This document shows, piece by piece, positions 1-9,914 of a stretch of DNA of 54,556 nucleotides. The translations under genes were made by a program, and so were the position numbers. Under the pieces are notes generated by a model that saw only the letters and a program-made list of their open reading frames with translations, did no database searches and was not told the origin of the DNA. Within the stretch, counting starts at the first letter, position 1; each line of letters begins with the position of its first letter. The stretch is from a virus (taxonomy: Duplodnaviria > Caudoviricetes). The stretch is from IMG/VR virus record IMGVR_UViG_3300032250_000707, positions 1-54,556 of that record, one strand, 5' to 3'.

Positions 1-89
1 GGCGGCGCAGCGCGAACTTACGCTCCGGCCTACGGCCTGCGCTCCAGTTCACGCTGGTAATCCTGTCATGACCAACTAGAGAAATAATC

Positions 90-314
90 CTACCTGCAGA
101 CTCTCATCCCAATGTGTCCAGTACAAGGGGTCGGATCACCGGGGACGCGCTGGATCTCGATGTCGTTGTGGTCTGGGATTTGAAAGCCGCGAACAACGAC
201 AGGCAGGGCCGACTCCTTGCTGACAGGAACGGGATTCCCCTGGGCATCGAGAAAGACTTCTGCCGAAGCTTCGACGTGATGGCTAATGCCGCCGATTGAT
301 GTGATGTCGCTCAT
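90..314 (-). CDS. Small hypothetical late protein (74 aa, MSDITSIGG...)
   Basis: ORF 90..335; start moved to ATG 314, which lies 16 nt after a TTGAC box like other late genes. Confidence 0.5.
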   Translation of the reverse strand: MSDITSIGGISHHVEASAEVFLDAQGNPVPVSKESALPVVVRGFQIPDHNDIEIQRVPGDPTPCTGHIGMRVCR

Positions 315-511
315 GCCCCATTGCATGGGCGTCAACGCTATTTCTGAATAAGATTGATAAGGGCTTGGATTTCAGGGGTGCCGAGTATAAAAAGGCCTTG
401 GACTTTCAACTCGGTTATCCCGTCGATGGAACGGGCGCCCGGATGAAAGAATCCTCGACTCCAGGCCACCAAGGGAAAACCAGTTGCCGTTGTCCAAGAG
501 TTGCGAGGCCA

Positions 512-2080
512 TCACGCTCCCGGAGCGGGAATCCGGGGCCATCCTACTTGGTTGCCCTGAAACCGAAAAACAGGCGCAAAGGCGTCACCCTCAAAAACTC
601 CAGAAGCCAAGTTCCCTGAAACACCCACTACGGCCAATGGGAAAAAGTCTTCACCGAATGATTCAGATTCCCAGAAATAGGCGCGGTATTCTGCCCAAGG
701 ATAGTTTTTTATTGGATACTCATCAATCGAGGATTTTTGAAATGTCACGGTTCTTGTCTCGACGCCACCACTGTTACTCCACCCCAGAAATGAAATGCTT
801 CCAATGTCTTCCGGAAACGCATCAAAATATGGAAATTTCGGTGGTGTTTGATTTAGAAAACTAAATCCAGGAGAAACCGACAGGATCACTTTCCCAACAC
901 TAGAAATGGAGAGTTTTTCATAACTTATATTATAGGTATCCACATCAAAGATTTGTAACCAATAAGGATCGCCACCATGGTCAAACCACATTTCTGGGGA
1001 TTGATAGCGATGTAGGATGAAATCCCCACCGTCATAAAAGGTATCCCAAAGGTCGTTAGGAGCGGAGTATCCGCCCTCCACCGGCTGGTCCGCTAAAGCA
1101 TATTGCTGGTCTCTCCAGTCTTCAAAAAAAAACAGGTCCGTGAGCGTAATGGTAAAAGACTCGGAGGCCGTTTTTCTCCAAGTGCGGGAGGTAGCCGTCT
1201 GTTCGGTCAACGTGTACCCATCCGGGATCATGAGCGGATTGACAGGCCCGATGCCGTAAGACGAATCCGTGGTGACAGTGACCTCCGATGTTTTGTACCA
1301 GGATCCCGAGGATTCAAAATCCGAAAACAGCCCGAGATCTCTGGCTTTGTGAAGGGCGCTCGTTTGGCCAAACCAAGACCCAAGCTGCGCTCCTCGTTGC
1401 ACTCCTATTCCCGTAGGGAAAAAGATCCAATTATTCTCCCACGAATTAACCATCGCCAATGCTGCTGGGGATGCTTGCGAGAGATCATTGAGGAAAGGTC
1501 CAATCGAAATAGTGGACGGATACTTGATGCGGGTGTAATTGATTCCAGATTGTCCGGGGTCAATCATAACCTCGGTCAACGTCCAATATGAAGGATCCTC
1601 TTCTGGAGTGGGTGAGCTAAAGTAGTCCCAATAATTTCCATTAGCATCGACATAGAAGTATTCATAGGTAGGGGGAACACTATCCACCGATACCGTTTCG
1701 GTGTCTGAAGCACCTTCCATGGTCATCACAGGCCCCATCTTCCAAGAGGACAGGGTGGAATCCCACGACCACGACCCAGAAGAGAGGTCGATGACAACAG
1801 GCGTCTGCTTTATCGTGTTACTACCTGCATCGCCTTCATACTCAAAAGACGACGCAGGGTAGTCAGCATCAACTCGGTAATACCAAAGCTGCACCGACGC
1901 CCCCGCTGGGAATCCAGGAAAGGAACCATCAGGCCTCCCCCCCACCGTCAAGTAGACATCCCTTGCATAAATCGGGTTTGAGTCTTGAGGGATGCCTCCA
2001 TCAAATGTCCCGTCCAGAGGGTTTCCTTGCGTGGTGCTAAGGGCTATCGCAGTGATCGGTCGAGGAAAGAAATGCCACAT
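512..2080 (-). CDS. Putative distal tail / receptor-binding structural protein (522 aa)
   Basis: Long S/T/G/Y/W/D-rich ORF at the distal end of the tail operon; lower GC than head genes; function from position only. Confidence 0.5.
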   Translation of the reverse strand: MWHFFPRPITAIALSTTQGNPLDGTFDGGIPQDSNPIYARDVYLTVGGRPDGSFPGFPAGASVQLWYYRVDADYPASSFEYEGDAGSNTIKQTPVVIDLSSGSWSWDSTLSSWKMGPVMTMEGASDTETVSVDSVPPTYEYFYVDANGNYWDYFSSPTPEEDPSYWTLTEVMIDPGQSGINYTRIKYPSTISIGPFLNDLSQASPAALAMVNSWENNWIFFPTGIGVQRGAQLGSWFGQTSALHKARDLGLFSDFESSGSWYKTSEVTVTTDSSYGIGPVNPLMIPDGYTLTEQTATSRTWRKTASESFTITLTDLFFFEDWRDQQYALADQPVEGGYSAPNDLWDTFYDGGDFILHRYQSPEMWFDHGGDPYWLQIFDVDTYNISYEKLSISSVGKVILSVSPGFSFLNQTPPKFPYFDAFPEDIGSISFLGWSNSGGVETRTVTFQKSSIDEYPIKNYPWAEYRAYFWESESFGEDFFPLAVVGVSGNLASGVFEGDAFAPVFRFQGNQVGWPRIPAPGA

Positions 2081-2086
2081 GATCGA

Positions 2087-2659
2087 TCAAGGAGCATAGG
2101 TGAACGTGTGGCCGAATGGCTGCGAAGGAGAACCGTAAAGAAGGAAGACAAGCTGGTAAGCCAGCGGCCCGTAGGTCTGCTGGACAACGCTTCCATCGGG
2201 GCGAATGAACCCCAGCAAGACGTAGGCGTACTCGACGGTGTTCGTCGGGACTGTCCCTCCCGTCTCGCAGACCACCTCGACCACGACCCCCGCGAGGCAT
2301 CGGACCTTCAGCCAGACGTTCAAGATCGATCCCTCAGTCGGAAGCGTGATCGCCTGGCGCGGGTACTCAAGGAAGCCCCCATTTCCGTTGCTCGGCATCT
2401 CCCAGAGGAAATGCCCACTTACCTTGGGGTAAACACCGCCGACCGTGCCAGGGTATAGTGAGAGATAGATTGTCGTCGTGGGGCTTCCTCCACCCGTCGC
2501 CGGAGTTGTCTCACTGGTGAGAAAGATCTCCAGAGGGCGGTTATTGCCATCGATAAATCGTTGCTTTTTGGCAGCAGGAATCTGGAGTCCCGCCGATTTT
2601 TTCTCAAAGCCTGGAATGACGAGGATCATTGTGGTTTCTGGTAAATAATCTTGTTCCAT
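2087..2659 (-). CDS. Putative tail protein (190 aa)
   Basis: Tightly packed in the tail operon; beta-rich composition. Confidence 0.5.
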   Translation of the reverse strand: MEQDYLPETTMILVIPGFEKKSAGLQIPAAKKQRFIDGNNRPLEIFLTSETTPATGGGSPTTTIYLSLYPGTVGGVYPKVSGHFLWEMPSNGNGGFLEYPRQAITLPTEGSILNVWLKVRCLAGVVVEVVCETGGTVPTNTVEYAYVLLGFIRPDGSVVQQTYGPLAYQLVFLLYGSPSQPFGHTFTYAP

Positions 2660-3366
2660 TCACCGGACATCCACCCCTTGGATGTCTCTAATCCTTGTCC
2701 AAACTGGGAGATTGAGTTTTCGGTGAGGAGCCATGGGTCGTAGGCGGCGGGACCGGATCCGCCACCAGTGCTTTGAATGCCGAAGAAGTTGGTAACGTCT
2801 TGGGGCGGATAGTCGATATATCCATGAGATGAGTCAATGGACGGGGTGAGATAGTTTGCAGAGTCAATTTTTGTTAGCCTCAACGTAACGCTCGGAGCCA
2901 GGTATTCCTGGACTCCATAGAGCGGATTAACCGGAGAGCTGGATTGGCCGCTAGGATCTTTTTTGGGCCAGTCCCATTCTCCGTAAAGCAACTTTCCTCC
3001 ATACTTACTTAGAATTGCCGCGAAGTTTACGTGCATTCCGATAGGCTTCCTAATCAGTGAAACTGATGCCGAGCATGTGCATAAACGCATCGATTCAGGC
3101 CTGCTATCAGTTGGGGAAACCGGAGGGTTTAGGGTTACTCCTTCATAGGTATAATGATAGACTCCGATATGAGACTCCTGGCGGATCAGCTCCTTGCGGG
3201 TTAGCGCCCATGAAATCACGAAATTCGGCAAAAACGATTCATCCACCTGCGGGGAAGCGTTTTTGTATTCGTCGACTTCCAGAATACAAGTCCACTTACC
3301 GGGAGCCGCAAACTCGCAGGAATAAATCCTGGTTGGAATGACCCCTATTTTCTTTGAATCAAGCAT
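2626..3366 (-). CDS. Putative tail tip/baseplate protein, paralog of 3359..4060
   Basis: ATG 3366 overlaps the upstream gene end; SLIRKPIGMHVNF...NPLYGVQEYL aligns by eye with neighbour SLTTEPITSHPKI...NPFSNVDSYL. Confidence 0.55.
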   Translation of the reverse strand: MLDSKKIGVIPTRIYSCEFAAPGKWTCILEVDEYKNASPQVDESFLPNFVISWALTRKELIRQESHIGVYHYTYEGVTLNPPVSPTDSRPESMRLCTCSASVSLIRKPIGMHVNFAAILSKYGGKLLYGEWDWPKKDPSGQSSSPVNPLYGVQEYLAPSVTLRLTKIDSANYLTPSIDSSHGYIDYPPQDVTNFFGIQSTGGGSGPAAYDPWLLTENSISQFGQGLETSKGWMSGEWNKIIYQKPQ

Positions 3367-4060
3367 AAATATCAGTTTGCCATCCACCTTTTGCAGATTT
3401 CAGGTATTTCAGTGTGATTCGATACACGAAACCGTACTGCTCGATGTCGAAGCCTGCATAGAGCCAGCTAAAGTCTCCCGAAAGCTGCGGGAGATAGCCA
3501 AAAATGGGCTGCAGGGCTATTTTGCCGACACGACTGATCTGAAGCGGTGGCGGTGAGGAGAAGCTTTGGGTGATATTATAGGTGATTGCGGAGTAAAGGT
3601 AGGAGTCGACATTGCTAAAGGGGTTGATATTATTTACCGAGGCTCCCGATAAAGTGGTCCCGGATGATCCGGACCCCGACAGGAAATCCTTCCACAATAC
3701 CTGACCACTGCGGAGCCCGTTCGCATAATTAGCAACCAATTCGTTGATTTTGGGATGCGATGTGATTGGCTCGGTTGTCAGGCTTCCTTGGGCCGATTGT
3801 GTCAGATCGGTCTGAATTTCCTGAGATCGTGCGCCTTGGAAATAGTAGTCGATCAAAGCAAGCCCATCCTGGAATCTGGCTGTAATTCCAGTCAAACAAG
3901 CTGGAATTGAGGGCGTGGGAACAGTGGTAATATCCGGCATTTTCCCGCCGGATTCCATCGTTCGGACTCTCGTTATTTTAATTTCCCTGGCATAGATGGT
4001 GGATATGTCTTGGCTGACATATTCATTCAGGATGCCGGATGAACCGCTAATCGTTTGCAT
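3359..4060 (-). CDS. Putative distal tail (Dit-position) protein (233 aa)
   Basis: Immediately downstream of the tape measure gene. Confidence 0.55.
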   Translation of the reverse strand: MQTISGSSGILNEYVSQDISTIYAREIKITRVRTMESGGKMPDITTVPTPSIPACLTGITARFQDGLALIDYYFQGARSQEIQTDLTQSAQGSLTTEPITSHPKINELVANYANGLRSGQVLWKDFLSGSGSSGTTLSGASVNNINPFSNVDSYLYSAITYNITQSFSSPPPLQISRVGKIALQPIFGYLPQLSGDFSWLYAGFDIEQYGFVYRITLKYLKSAKGGWQTDIYA

Positions 4061-4061
4061 C

Positions 4062-7000
4062 TTACTTATTGTTGTTTAGCAAGGTGCGATAGAGGCTCAT
4101 TCCCTGCGTGGAATCCGAGGCAAGCACTCGCAGTAGTTGAACCATCTGTTGATTCAGGCTTTCCAGACGGGCCTGCTTATCCTGAGTTGCTCCACCGACC
4201 ATCCCCACCCATCCGGATGCCCCGCCGATGCGGGCCATGGAGGAAACTTCAGGGCGCCCCTCCTTTTCCATGTTGGAGAGAATGCGCGAGCGCTGCACCT
4301 CGATGTCGGCGACACGCTCGGCGTTCTCTCCCTTCATGCCTTGGCTCGTGAGTTCCTTGACCCGATCGGCTTTGGAAAGCTGGTCCTCGAGCTTGTCGGC
4401 GAGTTCCTTGGCGCTTTGGGAGGCCTGCGAATTGGGGGCGTATCGTTCCTGAATGCGCGCACCCTGAATCTGCATCTCGACTGAGGAGCGATTGTTCTGA
4501 TTGACCTGATTCACGGCGGTTTGAGCCCGCTGCTGCCGTAGCTCTTGTAGCTGGGCCTCCACGTCACGCGTATTGGTCGCGTCGGTCACACCCAGGGCGG
4601 CAGCCCTCTCCCTGGCCTCCTGGGCAGTCTTATTATTTTGCTCGGTGGGATTGGCCTTGGCGGCTGCATCCGCCGCGTCACGGGCCTTGGCGGCCGCGAG
4701 GGCTTGTTCCTTTTGGGCGATTTCCTTGTCCTGCCCCTCCCCCCGGATCTCGTTTTCACCCTTGCCTCCATAGCCTTCACCCATGAGTTGCTGGGCTTGG
4801 TTGGCCCTGAGTTCAACGATCTGACGCTCCAATGCCAGACGGCGGTTGGCGGCATCATATTCAGCCTTGGCGGCATTCTCAGCGATGCGGGCGGCACTCA
4901 GCTTAGTCTGAAGGATTTGTTTTTCAGCATTGAGTTCCTGGTCGATTTCCGCGGTGGTGCGCCCCTCCGTGCCAGCCTTGGCAGCGGCGACTTGAGCCTG
5001 CTCGACTTCTCTCTTCTTTTGATCCTGCTGGGGAGTGCCGATGCTCTCCTTGTATTCCTGAGTCTTTTTCTCGAGTTCCTCGGCAGCGGCACGGGCTTTC
5101 TCGAGCTGATCGATTCGCAGATTTCCCGAGGCACCGGCCTTAAATTCGGCATTGGCCCCGCTGTCGGAGAGGGAAGCAAGTTGCTGCTCAAGGTCGGCCC
5201 GTTCTTTTTCCTTTTGAAGGGCGGCCGCCTTGGCCCCGCTTGCCACACGAAACTGCTGATTCCGATCGGACTGGGCGGTGATCTGCTGGAGGATCTGATT
5301 GGGATCCATCTGCTTGATCTCATCATCGCGCTTGCGCTCGATCTCCTGAGTCTTGGCCGCGCTGATCTGCTCTACATCGCCGCCGAACTTCTCGGAAATA
5401 ACCTGGTTTATTTTTTCCAGGCGCTCTCGGGCCTCTTTCTTCTGTGCGTTCGTCGAGGTGGTGTTGGAGGAAATGTATTGCTGCTTGGCCCGTTCCTCGC
5501 GGAGGGTCGTTCGCAGGATGGCATCTTGATCAAGCTCTGCTGCCTTGGTCTCGGGTGCAAAGTTCTGCAGCTTGTCGAGCCCCTCAGAGAACTTCTGTGC
5601 GTTTTCGGACGCGGTGACATTCATCTCGAGCTGATTGAGTTCACGGCGCTCCACGGCAGCCTTGGGGGCCGCCTTCTCGGCCATGGCGTAGTTGCCCTGC
5701 AGGCGCTGTAGCTCTGACTGCCCGATTTCCAAGCCAAGCTCTGGAGAGAGCGAGGACTGCAGCGACTGGGTTGCCTCCTCGCGGATCTGCCGCTCGAGGA
5801 GCATCTTCTGTCGAAGCCGCTGATCCTCGGCGCTATCCACGCCGAGACCTTTTTGATTGATGGCCTGCAGTCGCTGCCGCTTGAGCATCCCTTCCTGGGC
5901 ATCCAGGCGAGCCGCCTCACCCTGAGCCGCCCCAAGGGCTGCCTGATCCTTGGCTTGTTCGGTGTATGCAAGTTTCCAATCATTCGTCAGCAAGGTTCCC
6001 CCAAGCCACCAAGGAACCATTCTTCCCTCCGTGGAATTCTTCTGAGTCGACTCCTGTGCCGCCTGGAGTTTTTTGTCATTCTCCGCGCGCTGCGCCTGCA
6101 GGTCCTCAAGCTGATTATCAAGATCCTGAACGACCCTCTGCCTTTCCTCAGGAGTCCTGATGGTGGCGATCTTTTTATTGTTCTCGGCGACCTGGTTTTG
6201 TTTCGCCTCGCTCGATTTTTGAGCTTCCTCGGTGAGCTTGTTGATTTTTTGGGTGGCCTCGAGGGCATCCATACCAACCTTGGCAATCGCCATGCCAAAG
6301 ATGGCCCATCCCGCAGCGGCAGAGGTCAGGATCCCAAGTCCACCCCGAACCACGGCAAGCGTAGCAGTGAGCGCGGTGCGGAAAACTCCGGTCGCCCCGG
6401 CGACGGTGAGCAAGGAGGGGATGATCTTCGCAGCTACAGTGCCCAAAAAGGCAAGCCCCTGGCCAAACGCAGAAATCGTCACCCCTCCCGCAATGACAAT
6501 GAGTGCCTGGATCGCAACTCCCAGCCCCTTGACGGTCGCGACGGCGCCCTCCGAGGAGATGATTTTTTCCTTCAGCTCGGCCCAGGCATTGCTGATGGGG
6601 GCAATGGAGTCGGCAATCCCACTCTGCAGCGATCCCTTTAGTTTTTCAAAGGCAAGGGCGGCGCGCAGCCCCGCCTTCTCTCCCTCAAGGAATTTATCGC
6701 CGATCTTGACGTTGTTTTCCTGCTCAAGGTTCTTGAGTTGCGCTTGCAGGCCAACAACCGAGGAGGCGAGCGCATCACTGGCCCCCCGCGCGGGATCCAT
6801 CGCCGACTGCAAGGCCCGGAGCATCTGCCCCGAGGAGGCCCCCGCGGCGGAAAGATCTCGGATTTTGGCGGCTGCATCCTGGGAAATCCCACCGAGATTG
6901 GCCATGTCCTGGGCGGCGGCCCCGGCATCGCCTCCTTGCTTGATGGCCTGGTAAAATTGAGCATACGCCGTCGCCACCGAGGCCACGGGCGCGCCGGAGG

Positions 7001-7382
7001 CCGCAAAGACATCACTGATGCGCCTGAGGTTTCCCTCCGTGTCCGCGGCAGCACCCCCGATCACACGCAGGATCTTGACCGCATTGCCAAGGGACTCAAA
7101 ACTGACGGCGCCACTGGCCGCCATCTTGGAGAGAGAGGCGATCTTGGTCTCCGCGGCTGCGGCGCTCATGCCGAGCGCCACAAGCTGGTTCTTGAGCGCC
7201 TCCGCACCCGCGCTGGCGCGCAATGCCTCTTGGATCTTGCGGGCCGAGAGGTAGGCCCCTACAAGCGCCGTGGTGAATCCGGCCACCTTCCCCAGCAGCA
7301 GATCGAAGGAAATGCTGGCGATGATGTCTTTGGTTTGCCTGAGGACGCTTGCCGGGGCAGCGCTATTACGCGGAGGAGCCAT
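4062..7382 (-). CDS. Tail tape measure protein (about 1106 aa)
   Basis: A/Q/E/K-rich helical protein with a central hydrophobic stretch in canonical position; ATG 7382 (MAPPRNS) lies 16 nt after TTGAC and avoids overlap with the upstream gene. Confidence 0.85.
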   Translation of the reverse strand: MAPPRNSAAPASVLRQTKDIIASISFDLLLGKVAGFTTALVGAYLSARKIQEALRASAGAEALKNQLVALGMSAAAAETKIASLSKMAASGAVSFESLGNAVKILRVIGGAAADTEGNLRRISDVFAASGAPVASVATAYAQFYQAIKQGGDAGAAAQDMANLGGISQDAAAKIRDLSAAGASSGQMLRALQSAMDPARGASDALASSVVGLQAQLKNLEQENNVKIGDKFLEGEKAGLRAALAFEKLKGSLQSGIADSIAPISNAWAELKEKIISSEGAVATVKGLGVAIQALIVIAGGVTISAFGQGLAFLGTVAAKIIPSLLTVAGATGVFRTALTATLAVVRGGLGILTSAAAGWAIFGMAIAKVGMDALEATQKINKLTEEAQKSSEAKQNQVAENNKKIATIRTPEERQRVVQDLDNQLEDLQAQRAENDKKLQAAQESTQKNSTEGRMVPWWLGGTLLTNDWKLAYTEQAKDQAALGAAQGEAARLDAQEGMLKRQRLQAINQKGLGVDSAEDQRLRQKMLLERQIREEATQSLQSSLSPELGLEIGQSELQRLQGNYAMAEKAAPKAAVERRELNQLEMNVTASENAQKFSEGLDKLQNFAPETKAAELDQDAILRTTLREERAKQQYISSNTTSTNAQKKEARERLEKINQVISEKFGGDVEQISAAKTQEIERKRDDEIKQMDPNQILQQITAQSDRNQQFRVASGAKAAALQKEKERADLEQQLASLSDSGANAEFKAGASGNLRIDQLEKARAAAEELEKKTQEYKESIGTPQQDQKKREVEQAQVAAAKAGTEGRTTAEIDQELNAEKQILQTKLSAARIAENAAKAEYDAANRRLALERQIVELRANQAQQLMGEGYGGKGENEIRGEGQDKEIAQKEQALAAAKARDAADAAAKANPTEQNNKTAQEARERAAALGVTDATNTRDVEAQLQELRQQRAQTAVNQVNQNNRSSVEMQIQGARIQERYAPNSQASQSAKELADKLEDQLSKADRVKELTSQGMKGENAERVADIEVQRSRILSNMEKEGRPEVSSMARIGGASGWVGMVGGATQDKQARLESLNQQMVQLLRVLASDSTQGMSLYRTLLNNNK

Positions 7383-7399
7383 ATCACCTCCGAGTCGGG

Positions 7400-8194
7400 T
7401 CAACTTTTTTGCCGCTCGATGACTTCCTGCCAGTATTTGACAGGAGCCAGGGCATTGACGAGATGCGGCGGCATCTCGGGATGCTCCTTGGCAATCTCCT
7501 CGGCCTTGGCGGCGATGCGCTCCTTGCGGGCCACGAGATTCTGCTGAAATAAGTGCTCGTCGGTCGGCGTCCAGATGTTCACCTCCGATCCCTCCATCTT
7601 GGCCAGCACGACGGTCATCCACGCCAACTCCCCCATGGCCATGTCCCAGGCCTCTTTGGGCGGTCTGCCCGTTTGCTTGACATAGGCCGCCACCGAGGAA
7701 AGCGTGTCGTCGATCTGCTTGTCCATCCCGGCTTCCAGGGCGACCTGATGGCGCACGCGCGCGGCGGCCTCGGCATGAGCCGGGTCCCTGGTCACGGCAT
7801 GGAGTTCCTCGAGCGCCTCGGCCAGCTTCTCTTTGGACGAGGATTTTCCACCCCAGAGCTTCGGCGGGGAGTAGTAGTCATCCAGGTAGTCGTAAAACTT
7901 CTTGGCTTCGCGCTTCCAAGGCGTGAAGAGATAGCGCAGCCTCCACCAGATGGCACGGATCCCGCGAGGCGTCGTCACATCGGCGGCGACGGGATATTCC
8001 GAGGAACAGATCCTGGCCGCCGCGTAGACATCCCACTTCCCCCCGCCACCCAGCAACATTTTGGAGTCAATCCACTCGAGTTGCAGCCGGTGCCAGGTGC
8101 TGAAAGGCTTGAGCCTGATGCCAAAAACACGATGAGATTTGTGGAGGAATCCCTCCGCAAATCTCTCGTCGAAGATGTAATGATGGTCCGACAA
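7400..8194 (-). CDS. Putative tail assembly chaperone (264 aa)
   Basis: Sits between tail-tube-like genes and the tape measure gene. Confidence 0.6.
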   Translation of the reverse strand: MSDHHYIFDERFAEGFLHKSHRVFGIRLKPFSTWHRLQLEWIDSKMLLGGGGKWDVYAAARICSSEYPVAADVTTPRGIRAIWWRLRYLFTPWKREAKKFYDYLDDYYSPPKLWGGKSSSKEKLAEALEELHAVTRDPAHAEAAARVRHQVALEAGMDKQIDDTLSSVAAYVKQTGRPPKEAWDMAMGELAWMTVVLAKMEGSEVNIWTPTDEHLFQQNLVARKERIAAKAEEIAKEHPEMPPHLVNALAPVKYWQEVIERQKS

Positions 8195-8203
8195 GGAGCC
8201 GGA

Positions 8204-8527
8204 TTACAGACCCTTGCCCGTGACGGTCACCTTGGCAAAGTCTTGATTGGATGCCTGGAGCTGCGACTGCATCACCTTCTGCGTGCCTCCAACGCCCGTG
8301 ATGGATTGTCCGAGAGCAGGCGCTGCGATGGCGCTGGTGTATCCGGTGACCTCCGAGGTGTAGGTCCCCTTGGACATGAAGATCGACTTAAGCTCGCCAT
8401 CGCTGTCTTTTGCTCGGGAAATCTGGCCGTATTCCTGGCCGTCAGAAACCTGAGTGACGACGCTGATTCCCGGGACGCTAACGCCCGAGACTCCTACTTG
8501 AGTGCCATTGAAAGATGAGAGGGCCAT
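8204..8527 (-). CDS. Small tail tube-like protein, copy 2 (107 aa)
   Basis: S/T/G-rich; C-terminus ASNQDFAKVTVTGKG resembles neighbour TSNEDVTKFQVEALG. Confidence 0.55.
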   Translation of the reverse strand: MALSSFNGTQVGVSGVSVPGISVVTQVSDGQEYGQISRAKDSDGELKSIFMSKGTYTSEVTGYTSAIAAPALGQSITGVGGTQKVMQSQLQASNQDFAKVTVTGKGL

Positions 8528-8546
8528 GGTAGTGGTGGGTTATCGA

Positions 8547-8894
8547 TTAGTTTTGTGAGTCGACCAAGCTGGGAGCCCCAAGGGCCTCAACCTGGAACTT
8601 GGTCACATCCTCGTTGCTGGTGAGAGTGGTGGCCTTGGTGACGTAGCCGGTGGCCCCCCCCGCAGTATAGGAATCACCAAGATCGGGGATGGAATTTCCG
8701 GCAGTAGCGAATTCGGTCGCCGAGATCTTGATCTCCTCGCCGCCGTAAACAATGTCCTGGAGAGCGCCGAGACCATCGACGATTTCGATCTGGGTCGTGT
8801 AAGAGCGGTCGACGGAGAGCTGCGCGATTTTTTCAGTTCCTGTTCCGAACTTATAGTCGGTTGAATTGCCGTTTTGTTTCGTTGCAATGCTCAT
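8547..8894 (-). CDS. Small tail tube-like protein, copy 1 (115 aa)
   Basis: Position after tail completion gene; own TTGAC box 18 nt upstream. Confidence 0.55.
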   Translation of the reverse strand: MSIATKQNGNSTDYKFGTGTEKIAQLSVDRSYTTQIEIVDGLGALQDIVYGGEEIKISATEFATAGNSIPDLGDSYTAGGATGYVTKATTLTSNEDVTKFQVEALGAPSLVDSQN

Positions 8895-8897
8895 ATA

Positions 8898-9314
8898 CTA
8901 TGACGATGGCGTGTCAACTGAAGCCATGGCTCCGACTTTGAACTCCAGGATCTCCGCCCTCTGCGAGTCCTTGACCGTGCTGGAAAGGTTGGCCGGAGAA
9001 TGCCCGAAGACATGCAGGCCGTTTGAGCAGTAGGATTTTAACGGGGAATCATCGGAGACGGCCCACTCATAGACGGCGCCAAGACGCTCCTGAAGCGTTT
9101 CGGCAGGGGCGGAAAAAACCGGCCCTACAATCCGAAACTCAAGGTCGATCAAGTGAGCGTTGCCCCGGTGCTCACCGCCAGTTGCCACGACCGAGACATA
9201 CTCATCAGGCCTCGTCCCATCTCCTTGGCCAGGCAGAACCGGCACTCCCGCCACACCCGAGGCATCCAGGGCTGCGGCAATCTCGATTTCCAGAAGCGGT
9301 AGGACGCCTTTCAT
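8898..9314 (-). CDS. Putative tail completion/terminator protein (138 aa)
   Basis: Position and size; start overlaps the upstream stop. Confidence 0.55.
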   Translation of the reverse strand: MKGVLPLLEIEIAAALDASGVAGVPVLPGQGDGTRPDEYVSVVATGGEHRGNAHLIDLEFRIVGPVFSAPAETLQERLGAVYEWAVSDDSPLKSYCSNGLHVFGHSPANLSSTVKDSQRAEILEFKVGAMASVDTPSS

Positions 9315-9652
9315 CAGAATTGGGCCGCTGTTCCCGAGGTGGAGGCCAGGATCAGCGTGGTCGTGAACCCGTTCTCCCGGATTTCGACAACGCGGTAATT
9401 TCGGTTGGAGATGCTGATCAAGTGGCCGGTCTTGATTGCGCCCCCCCCGGCGGCCAGGGCCGCGGAAGTCAGGATTTCAGCCTTGGCTCCCTCGAGCTTC
9501 TGGAAGCCCCCCGAGCCATCAGAGATCGTCTGGTAGCTCGAGAGGGGAGAAACCACCGCCGGGATCGGGGCTCCATTGATAAAGATCGTTGATCCCATTT
9601 CGGAGAAAAGGGTCGGGTCGGCCAGGGCCATGGCGTCATCGAAGCTGCTCAT
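9314..9652 (-). CDS. Head-tail joining protein (lambda gpFII-like, 112 aa)
   Basis: MSSFDDAMA...G.TIFING...KTGHLISISNRNYRV pattern typical of FII-like head closure proteins; follows the capsid gene. Confidence 0.7.
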   Translation of the reverse strand: MSSFDDAMALADPTLFSEMGSTIFINGAPIPAVVSPLSSYQTISDGSGGFQKLEGAKAEILTSAALAAGGGAIKTGHLISISNRNYRVVEIRENGFTTTLILASTSGTAAQF

Positions 9653-9691
9653 ATCTCAACTGAGTCGGGTCAACTTTTTGCCCCCAAAATG

Positions 9692-9738
9692 AAATCCCCC
9701 TCCATCCGGGAGGGCTTCTCCGGAGGAGGGGGATTTTT
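9692..9738. terminator. Intrinsic terminator-like hairpin downstream of capsid gene and tRNA
   Basis: Arms AAATCCCCCTCC (9692-9703) and GGAGGGGGATTT (9725-9736) with A/T runs on both sides. Confidence 0.65.
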
Positions 9739-9764
9739 GCGGTGGGAGTGCCGCAGGAGGAATC

Positions 9765-9841
9765 TGGTGTCGGGAGTAGGATTTGAACCTACGACCTTCA
9801 GGTTATGGGCCTGACGAGCTACCTGGCTGCTCTATCCCGAT
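9765..9841 (-). tRNA. tRNA-fMet (CAT), initiator type, CCA encoded
   Basis: Minus strand reads ATCGGGA TA GAGC AGCCAGGTA GCTC G TCAGG CCCATAA CCTGA AGGTC GTAGG TTCAAAT CCTAC TCCCGAC A CCA; 77 nt; 1:72 mismatch and fMet-type D arm. Confidence 0.93.
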
Positions 9842-9914
9842 ATGATTTGATGGAAACGGCCCAGGGATCCCCCACCCCGGAGGATTTTTCCCCGGGCCGT
9901 AATTCCGTGTTTGA

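Noticed and set aside
7383-7622. 80-codon N-terminal extension of the tape measure ORF, or a G/GT-type frameshift
   Set aside because: Overlaps the chaperone gene; ATG 7382 has the TTGAC box; no convincing slippery site found
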